In this document: positions 19,073 to 26,296 of the stretch, piece after piece
How positions within the stretch are numbered: the stretch's first letter is position 1
Layout: every line of letters begins with the position of its first letter
Source of the DNA: an uncultured Pseudomonadales bacterium
GTDB taxonomy: Bacteria > Patescibacteriota > Microgenomatia > UBA1400 > UBA12028
Reading direction: 5' to 3'
Length of the DNA: 64,000 bases
Assembly: GCA_964509365.1 (NCBI GenBank)
Contig: CAZDWN010000001.1
Coordinates: 80,143 to 144,142 of the forward strand
Program-made: the position numbers and the translations under genes
Notes under the pieces: model-generated
What the model was told of the DNA's origin: nothing
Databases searched by the model: none
Seen by the model: the letters and a program-made list of their open reading frames with translations, nothing else

Positions 19073-19861
19073 ATGAAATATCTTCTCGTGGTGCTGGTTC
19101 TTTTTGGGTTGGTCGCTACTGCGATCGGGATCGTCGTCTCGCGTCGCCCACAGTCTGTTACCTCCCAAGCAGCTCCCACTCAAAATACCTTGGGAATGCT
19201 GATCAATGACTGCAATTATTTAATGCTGTCCAGATGCTTTTTCATCGAAGAAAAAGCACACATGAATATTTTCGTTCCGACACAGGCGCAAAAGACCGTG
19301 AGAGAGCATGCTTCTCCTACTTTTGCAAACTATAGTGAGTCGGTCGACCCACAAGTCTTCCTTCAACTCGGACAACCGATCGATCTCGGGTTACAACCAA
19401 GGTATACGACGAGTGAGATACTTGCTAGAGTCTCGCTGTCATCACAAATTAGCTATCGACTCCTCGCGGCTATTATGGTGATCCAAGGAAATGACGTGTG
19501 GAATGGAGACAAGCCAGCCGCAAACCCGCTCAATCGAAGTGAGTTATCGTTTGCCTCACAGCTGAGCGGCCTCGCTTCAGATTTACGAAAAGAGATTCAG
19601 GCTCAAAGTGAGATCCCCTCACCAACCGTGCGAAAAGATGACAAGGTCTATACGTTTGCGCCGGATACAACATCAGCTTCACGAGCCTTGACCATCTATT
19701 TTGCGAAGACACTTTCTGCCGAAGAATTTGAAGCGGTTGTCTTACCGACTTCCACTGCCAAAAACGCATTCCGAAATGTGTGGCTTGAGCTCTATGGTTC
19801 GCCTTCCATCCAAGAGATTCATGATCCCTCAGGGAGCGACCTCCCTCCAGGTATACGTTGA
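19073..19861 (+). CDS. membrane-anchored protein, partner paralog A
   Basis: N-terminal TM; the conserved block ILARVSLSSQISYRLLAAIM..NPLNRSELSFASQ aligns with ILSRISLSSDIDNRLLVALF..NPLSRKESSFSGQ of 25487-26296; its 3' end overlaps the giant gene by 33 nt. Confidence 0.55.
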   Translation: MKYLLVVLVLFGLVATAIGIVVSRRPQSVTSQAAPTQNTLGMLINDCNYLMLSRCFFIEEKAHMNIFVPTQAQKTVREHASPTFANYSESVDPQVFLQLGQPIDLGLQPRYTTSEILARVSLSSQISYRLLAAIMVIQGNDVWNGDKPAANPLNRSELSFASQLSGLASDLRKEIQAQSEIPSPTVRKDDKVYTFAPDTTSASRALTIYFAKTLSAEEFEAVVLPTSTAKNAFRNVWLELYGSPSIQEIHDPSGSDLPPGIR

Positions 19862-22800
19862 TGACTTCATTTTTTCCGGAGCGCTCTGGATGAGATCTGG
19901 TCGGTAGATAAAGAGACTTGCTGGTCCTTTATTATTCTCCGCTCCGTTGTTTCCATTCTTGAAGTCTCGTGGGAGATCGATCCCTCGCTTGGCTGCAAAG
20001 GTCCCTTCCCCTATAAACTTTAGATCCGTCCCGGCTGCACCAGTTGAAGCAACCGTGAGTGTCTGATCGGTAAAGTACATTCCTTGCACTTGACCGTCAG
20101 TCGTTTGCGAGTACGTTGAGGTCCCGACCGTATCGGAGATCGTGATCGTACCTTTGACAATGAAGGCGACGAATCCGCCTTTGGCAAGCTTGATGTCTTT
20201 ATTGATGGTGAGATTGCCTCCGACGAAGACGACGACCTTGTCTCCACTCGCGACATTCCAAACCGTATCGACAGTGAGGTTTCCTGATTGATAATAAAAT
20301 GATTTGCAGCTCGCGCCAGCGCATGGCTTCGTTGCGTTGTTTGGAGTACTAAAATCAGTTCCGCCGCTGACACCCACACTAAACTGTCGATAGAACGAGT
20401 CATAACTTTCTTTGAGCGCTGGCGAATTTGCGACACTGATAAGATGTGATGGAGCTGCAGAGACATTGCCAGTACCTCCAGCACTGTTGAGCTTGGAGAC
20501 AGGAGCAGCACTATCGACCAACAGCGATCCTGCAGTCTCTGGTCTACTGCCAGTGAGTGGCAGCGATAGATTTGGATCGCAGCCCGTAACTCCACAGAGT
20601 TGGACTGGGATCGGATCATTGACTGCGCGAGTCGTTGTGCTCAAAGCGGCGATATCCCCGCCAATTGTTTGGAACCAATGTTCCGCAACTGGGCTGGTGT
20701 AGAAGACTATATTTGGGTTCACTGGGACGGTTCGCGCTGGATACGTACAATTGAGTGGACAGGTGCAAAAATCAGTTGAGCCGACTGGTAGGTTGAGCTT
20801 GATGTCATACCCGCTATCATTTGGGATATTGGAGACCGAGAAACCACCACTGCCATTGACTGCACCAGAGAATGACAATGCTCCTTTGCTGACACTGACC
20901 GTACCCCCATTGGTATATACGGATGTCCCACTCGCCGAGCATCCTGGCCCGACGATCTTCCCCGTTCCACCTGGATCGGAGAGCACGGTTGACGCATAGG
21001 TCGACGTACAGACATCAAGTCGGAACAAATTTGATTGGGCGGCCGCTGAGTCTGGGGTACACAGACCGAGTGAGCTATGTGCACTGACGATGGCACGATA
21101 GCTTCGCCCAGGTGCTAGACTCGTCGTCACTGTACATGTCCCCGAGGCACATGGACGCGCTGCACGAGGGATGACGACCGCTCCCGTACTATCCACGACT
21201 TGGAAAAAATATTGATTCGCATTTGGGACAGCGGCCCATGTCCAGTCGACGTTTTGATTGCAAGTCGGACACGGCGCACACGTCGATGGAGCCGGATCTT
21301 GCGGCGTCGGACGCGTACACGCGACTGGAGGCGGCGCAGTATAGGTCACCGTTCGTGTGATGGAGACTGGAGTACCGGCACTATTCACACAGCGCAATGT
21401 ATATGAAGTTGTCGTACTGACACCAGCGATATTGAGAGTCCCCACCGTTGTCTTCGCTCCGGTCCAACCGCCACTTGCGGTACAGCTGGTCGCATTGGTT
21501 GCGGACCACGTCGCTTTGACAGTTGTCGGTGCACTGATACTCGCTGGAGTAACCGTAAACGTGAGGGTTGGCGCTGGGATGACGACTGCACTGAGATTCA
21601 CTGTGACGGTATCTGAGCCGCTACCCCCAGGTCCGGTACACGTGAGCACATACGTTTTTGCTGCGGTAATATTCGTCTGGACGAGGCTGCCGTTCGTCGC
21701 TCGTGCACCCGTCCATGATCCGCTCGAAGTACATGTAGTCGCATTGGTCGTTGTCCACGTGAGTGTGGTACTCCCTGCCGAAGGGACTGTGGCGGGACTG
21801 GCAGTCAATGTCACACTTGGAGCGGTACTGGCGGAAGTCGTGACGGTGACGGAGTCAGTTGATGTCCCACCGGTGCCCGTACATGAGAGGACAAATGTCT
21901 TTGCCGCATTGATTCCGGTGACCGTCAATGTCCCCGAAGTCAATCGCGCTCCTGTCCATCCATTACTGGAGGTACACGTCGTCGCATTGGTCGCCGTCCA
22001 TGTCAGCTTAGTACTACCACCGACCGGGACACTCGTCGGAGCTGCAGTGAGATTGACGACAGGAAGTGGTGGAAGTGATGCGACGTTGACGTTAACCGTC
22101 TTCGAGATTGTGCCACCAGGTCCAGTACACGTGAGTGTATACACATCGTTACTAGAGATTCCATTTTCCGCTTGGGTACCGTTCACGGCTTTCGCGCCTA
22201 TCCAATCACCAGATGCTGTACATGACGTCGTATTGGTGGAAGACCAAGTGAGTGTCGAGTTTCCATTGAGTGGGACCGTCGTCGGGGATGCAGTGAATGT
22301 CAGCGTCGGAGCTGCTGGAGGCGGTGCGGAAAATGTGACTGTGTCTGATGCCGTCGCCGAACCCGTCGCATTTGTACAGGTGATCGTGTACGTCGTGGTT
22401 GTGGCGACACCGGCGATGGTCGTGGTGCCAGAAGTGAGTTTTGTCCCTGTCCAGCCGCCGGTCGCTGTACAACTCGTCGCATTGGTCGAAGACCAACTCA
22501 CCGTGACGGTACTACTGCTACTGATCGTGGCAGGGGTCGCAGTGACCGAGACAGTCGGAGCGGGCGCCACCGGCTTAATCGTCGTAAATGTGAGAATCGT
22601 GTACGCACTGACGCACCCTGCTAAACTGGGATGGAACGTCAAGATAAATAATCGATAATTCGTATTTGGTTTGATAGTGAGCGGCCATCCGCGGGGATTT
22701 TGATACATGATCTCCCCACCAGTGACTTGTTGATTAAACTCATAAGTCCCAGTCGTCATATTGCGAAGTGTGAGTTGATACGCAGTCGCGACGTTGCCGC

Positions 22801-23560
22801 CCGGAGCCGAAAAGAATGGATAGTACGTACCAGGAGTGATGACCGCTCCGTCAGCCATCCCAGCCGGGATAGACCATCGCCACACCGGTGCGCCTGGTGG
22901 GCCACTATTTCCACAGACATTGTTGGTGCAGTTGGCATACTGAAAACTGCCGATGCCCTGCCAGTTTGGTGGGTTACATTGAATACAGACATAGGGAGGA
23001 CCATTTACACCACTCGCATTGCACGTGTCCCCTGCATATCCCATACCACAGTTTGGACTGTAGTTCCCGCAGATTGGAGCTCCGACCCCACCGCCAAAAC
23101 CGCAGCACATTTCGCCGCTCGCACAGCTCCCAGAAGCAGGTTGCCTACCGACTTGGCCACAATTACTCAGGCCTCCAAAGCATGCTCCAGTACACGAGCC
23201 GCCTGTCCCTCCACCACCACTCGTCGGAGTCGGTGTGGGTGCGACGACCGTACAAGTGCCAGGCTGAGATCCGGTGTTCAGATTGCAAGCACCAGTGGAT
23301 AAAATATTACAACTTGAGCTAGTCGTGAAGTATTCACACGTCGTCCCATTGAGTGTGCCTGATACTGAGCGGCAATTTGTGCCTGGAGTACACACAGCAA
23401 TCTGTTTTCCAGTGATTGGGTCAAAGTTACTTGAGCATGCACCATTTGATGAACACACATTGTTACATGTACAACTCGCTGCGAAGGCACTAGTCAAAGT
23501 TCCGAGATACAGGACGAATGAGAATACTCCGATGACGAGCCACTGAAAGTTTTTTTTCAT
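19829..23560 (-). CDS. giant secreted Cys-rich surface protein, paralog A (1243 aa)
   Basis: signal peptide, Cys-rich N-domain shared with paralog C, five tandem Ig-like repeats, and a conserved C-terminal module and tail ...GPASLFIYRPDLIQSAPEK..YTWREVAP. Confidence 0.75.
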   Translation of the reverse strand: MKKNFQWLVIGVFSFVLYLGTLTSAFAASCTCNNVCSSNGACSSNFDPITGKQIAVCTPGTNCRSVSGTLNGTTCEYFTTSSSCNILSTGACNLNTGSQPGTCTVVAPTPTPTSGGGGTGGSCTGACFGGLSNCGQVGRQPASGSCASGEMCCGFGGGVGAPICGNYSPNCGMGYAGDTCNASGVNGPPYVCIQCNPPNWQGIGSFQYANCTNNVCGNSGPPGAPVWRWSIPAGMADGAVITPGTYYPFFSAPGGNVATAYQLTLRNMTTGTYEFNQQVTGGEIMYQNPRGWPLTIKPNTNYRLFILTFHPSLAGCVSAYTILTFTTIKPVAPAPTVSVTATPATISSSSTVTVSWSSTNATSCTATGGWTGTKLTSGTTTIAGVATTTTYTITCTNATGSATASDTVTFSAPPPAAPTLTFTASPTTVPLNGNSTLTWSSTNTTSCTASGDWIGAKAVNGTQAENGISSNDVYTLTCTGPGGTISKTVNVNVASLPPLPVVNLTAAPTSVPVGGSTKLTWTATNATTCTSSNGWTGARLTSGTLTVTGINAAKTFVLSCTGTGGTSTDSVTVTTSASTAPSVTLTASPATVPSAGSTTLTWTTTNATTCTSSGSWTGARATNGSLVQTNITAAKTYVLTCTGPGGSGSDTVTVNLSAVVIPAPTLTFTVTPASISAPTTVKATWSATNATSCTASGGWTGAKTTVGTLNIAGVSTTTSYTLRCVNSAGTPVSITRTVTYTAPPPVACTRPTPQDPAPSTCAPCPTCNQNVDWTWAAVPNANQYFFQVVDSTGAVVIPRAARPCASGTCTVTTSLAPGRSYRAIVSAHSSLGLCTPDSAAAQSNLFRLDVCTSTYASTVLSDPGGTGKIVGPGCSASGTSVYTNGGTVSVSKGALSFSGAVNGSGGFSVSNIPNDSGYDIKLNLPVGSTDFCTCPLNCTYPARTVPVNPNIVFYTSPVAEHWFQTIGGDIAALSTTTRAVNDPIPVQLCGVTGCDPNLSLPLTGSRPETAGSLLVDSAAPVSKLNSAGGTGNVSAAPSHLISVANSPALKESYDSFYRQFSVGVSGGTDFSTPNNATKPCAGASCKSFYYQSGNLTVDTVWNVASGDKVVVFVGGNLTINKDIKLAKGGFVAFIVKGTITISDTVGTSTYSQTTDGQVQGMYFTDQTLTVASTGAAGTDLKFIGEGTFAAKRGIDLPRDFKNGNNGAENNKGPASLFIYRPDLIQSAPEKMKSSTYTWREVAP
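21326..22558 (-). repeat. five tandem ~83-aa (~250-nt) coding repeats inside paralog A
   Basis: each unit carries ...S(V/L)T(A/F)(T/S)P...TL(T/S)W(S/T)(S/T)TNAT(S/T)CTA(S/T)G.WTG(A/T)K...Y(T/V)L(T/S)C(T/V); residues ~335-745. Confidence 0.6.
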
Positions 23561-24150
23561 AGGATCATGCGCTCGATAGATTTGATTTCGATATCTTCGC
23601 TCGGATGCTCCGCAAGTTTTTGAGTGAGGACCGTAAAGTCTGTTTGGCTCATCTGTATATACAGGATAACATGATCATGCTGAGTGAGGAGAGAATCAAC
23701 ATCTGCAAATGGGACGACCTGCCAGATTTGTGAGGATTCAATTTTGCCATTGGTAGGATGGTAGACGAGGATGCCGGTTGGACTATCTGGAAGCACGTAG
23801 ACATTTGAATTGAATTGAGTGCCGTTGAATGTAGTAGAGACTCGAAGGAATTTCCCTTCGCCGAGATCACCAATTTTCTTGTCTGCTGCTGTCCCTGAGA
23901 TGATCAATTCTTTAGAACCTTCGTCGTAAGAGAGTTCAGCGTCGACATCTTTGCCAGTACGCGCCTCTTTGATCGTCGTGTATCTACTTGGCAGAGTGGG
24001 TGCAGACGAGACGATCTTTGATACCAACGGTACGGTATCAAATTTTGAGATGAGGACTGTTTTGTTCGCACCAATGAAGTACGCGACTCCTATAAAAAGT
24101 ATGAAACTGACGATGAGACCTATGAAAATGCGTGAGCGAGCCATGCTCAC
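23557..24150 (-). CDS. hypothetical N-terminally TM-anchored protein
   Basis: 197 aa with an N-terminal hydrophobic helix; overlaps the giant gene start by 4 nt. Confidence 0.45.
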   Translation of the reverse strand: MSMARSRIFIGLIVSFILFIGVAYFIGANKTVLISKFDTVPLVSKIVSSAPTLPSRYTTIKEARTGKDVDAELSYDEGSKELIISGTAADKKIGDLGEGKFLRVSTTFNGTQFNSNVYVLPDSPTGILVYHPTNGKIESSQIWQVVPFADVDSLLTQHDHVILYIQMSQTDFTVLTQKLAEHPSEDIEIKSIERMIL

Positions 24151-24183
24151 TTCATCATAGTGGCAAGAAAATAAAATTACAAG

Positions 24184-25287
24184 TTAGTTGCCAATGGATC
24201 TCGTCGCAAAATATGAGGAGTTACCAAACTCAAGTTCCTCACCATCTTTCGGATACTTTCCATTCACCAAGTCTTTAAACAGTTTTGCCTGATTTGCATA
24301 TGCATCATGGTATGCAATGACGACATCACAAAATTCTGTGCATTTGCTCGCATCTAAGACTGTGTCCTTACCGGATGGGTTGCGCTGAGGCAACGCGATC
24401 ACTATCTGACGCGAATCTATTTTGGCCTGAAACTCATCCCAATCCATGAATCGAGCACCGTTGGCACCATTTTGCGTTACCGCGTACGATTTTACCTTAT
24501 TACCGTTATCCAATGGGTACACCAAGTTATTAAATACAATATTTACCTTCACTCCATCTTTCGGTTCATACACAAAGTGAATTCGCTCGACAGATGCTGA
24601 AAGATCTTTTTGTAGTGCCTCACTATAGAACGTGGTTTCGACCACCTCAGTTTTTACGATTCTTCCCCCGATCGCCCAACCTGGATGGTACGGTTCCTTC
24701 CCTGGGAGGATTCTCACTTTCAGATCATTACTTTGAAACTTTGTGCCTTCGATATTGAGCTCGTACGGTTTTCCAGGGTCAATAGCGACTGCATCTAATG
24801 CTGCCAATGTTGGGTCTTTAACTTCTTTGACTGTCGAAGGTTTTGCAGGTTTTACGGTGAGATCCTCTTTTGTGTATAAAATGTATCGATCAGTACTGTC
24901 GCTGACACGAAAGAGTACCTTGCCGTTGTCAGAGACGCCTTCCCATGTGACCACGGAAATCGTCGCAGTATCAGCTATCTTAAATCTGTTTTTCATGTCG
25001 CTGATGACGTCTGCGAGATCGCCAAAATTCTCTGCGGGGGTAAATATGGGGAGCACTTCATTGCCCTTGAGGACGATCGCCATGGCGATTTCTTGCTGTT
25101 GTACTGGCGTTGGCTCTGGTTCCTGCAGAACTAATTCAATTGATTTGTCATTGATAGGCTTTGTCTCACCACGGTCTTGGTTTGCCAAGACGCTGCCTTG
25201 GAAAAGAAACGCTGCAACAGCGATGACGGCAGGTCTTTCAACCTTCTGAATCATTTCTTCTATTTGTTTTCGTAGTTCAGCAGACAT
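24184..25287 (-). CDS. hypothetical secreted protein
   Basis: 367 aa with an N-terminal hydrophobic segment; no recognised motif. Confidence 0.45.
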   Translation of the reverse strand: MSAELRKQIEEMIQKVERPAVIAVAAFLFQGSVLANQDRGETKPINDKSIELVLQEPEPTPVQQQEIAMAIVLKGNEVLPIFTPAENFGDLADVISDMKNRFKIADTATISVVTWEGVSDNGKVLFRVSDSTDRYILYTKEDLTVKPAKPSTVKEVKDPTLAALDAVAIDPGKPYELNIEGTKFQSNDLKVRILPGKEPYHPGWAIGGRIVKTEVVETTFYSEALQKDLSASVERIHFVYEPKDGVKVNIVFNNLVYPLDNGNKVKSYAVTQNGANGARFMDWDEFQAKIDSRQIVIALPQRNPSGKDTVLDASKCTEFCDVVIAYHDAYANQAKLFKDLVNGKYPKDGEELEFGNSSYFATRSIGN

Positions 25288-25326
25288 ATTTACCTTATAG
25301 CTTTTACTATGAGTCCGACTCGTGGT

Positions 25327-25354
25327 AAAAAAAGAACCGCCTGAGCGGTTTTAT
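25327..25354. terminator. conserved hairpin aaccgc-ctga-gcggtt flanked by A7 and a T-run
   Basis: about 42 nt upstream of the 25287 start; near-copy of the hairpin at 31261-31285. Confidence 0.45.
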
Positions 25355-25486
25355 GCACAATCCAGACTTCTTCGGGTTTCCCTCTCGAGGAAAATGCGAT
25401 ACAGAAGTGAGAAAAGTCTCATTAAATAGTAAGTATATACCATAGGTTGGCACTCGTCAATTGCTATAGGCCATGGCTGAGCTTAC

Positions 25487-26296
25487 TTGCGTAGAGTCGT
25501 CTTTCTCTTGTATGCTGGAGCTAGTATGAAGTCGATCGTGGCAGTTGCCGTCCTGTTTGGTGTCCTATCCCTAGGCATCGGTACCTATTTTGTCTCCACC
25601 GGGCGTGCCCCTCAAATGATCTCTCGGGCTGCACCGGAGACGAGTGTGCTCTCAAATCTGATTGACGACTGCGACTTTATCGCCCTCCCAAACTGCAGCG
25701 ATCGCACTTCCGGGAAATCGCTTGCAGTCTTTATCACGGAAGAGACTGAACAATTGATTCGAGACAATGCGCCGAAATCAGTCGTGGATTATCGAGAGAC
25801 CGTCTCGCCCGACTTGTTCAATGACCTAGGCAACCCTATCGTTCTGCCGACCAAACAAGTCTATTCAGTCGGAGATATCTTATCGAGAATCTCGTTGTCG
25901 TCAGACATTGACAATCGTTTACTCGTCGCTCTGTTTATGTCGCAAGGGTCAAAGGCCTGGGATGGTCAATCGAGTCTTTCTAATCCACTCAGTCGCAAGG
26001 AATCCTCATTTTCTGGCCAATTTGCGCAAGCAGCGATAGAGCTTCGCGATGGCTTTCACTCGCAGCTCGAATTTCCCACCAATTCAGTGACCAACGGCAC
26101 CACAAATTATCCATTTGATTCTGGATATGTGAGTACATCCTCGCGCGCATTGTATGCATATTTGGCCCGCACGAGTTCGCAAGCGGACTTTAAACGAATT
26201 GTTTCTCTGTCACAAGCGGAGCCAACATCATTTCGCGCGGTGTGGAAATTGATCCATCCAGTCGCTCCAAAAAAAGTAATTGAGAATTTGTATTAA
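25487..26296 (+). CDS. membrane-anchored protein, partner paralog B
   Basis: paralog of 19073-19861; its 3' end overlaps giant paralog B by 4 nt. Confidence 0.55.
   Translation: MRRVVFLLYAGASMKSIVAVAVLFGVLSLGIGTYFVSTGRAPQMISRAAPETSVLSNLIDDCDFIALPNCSDRTSGKSLAVFITEETEQLIRDNAPKSVVDYRETVSPDLFNDLGNPIVLPTKQVYSVGDILSRISLSSDIDNRLLVALFMSQGSKAWDGQSSLSNPLSRKESSFSGQFAQAAIELRDGFHSQLEFPTNSVTNGTTNYPFDSGYVSTSSRALYAYLARTSSQADFKRIVSLSQAEPTSFRAVWKLIHPVAPKKVIENLY

Noticed and set aside
19829-19861. Shufflon / invertible C-terminal cassette hypothesis for the convergent overlapping gene pairs
   Set aside because: The partner genes have their own starts and N-terminal TM helices. I found no flanking inverted repeats, and no recombinase in the window.
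21357-22658. Long plus-strand ORFs (433 aa here; also 22700-23302, 30349-31095, 31419-32072, 32386-32787) antisense to the giant surface-protein genes
   Set aside because: They mirror Thr/Ser/Gly/Val-rich repetitive coding on the minus strand, which yields stop-poor antisense frames rich in Val/Ala/Pro. They have no motifs and no RBS.
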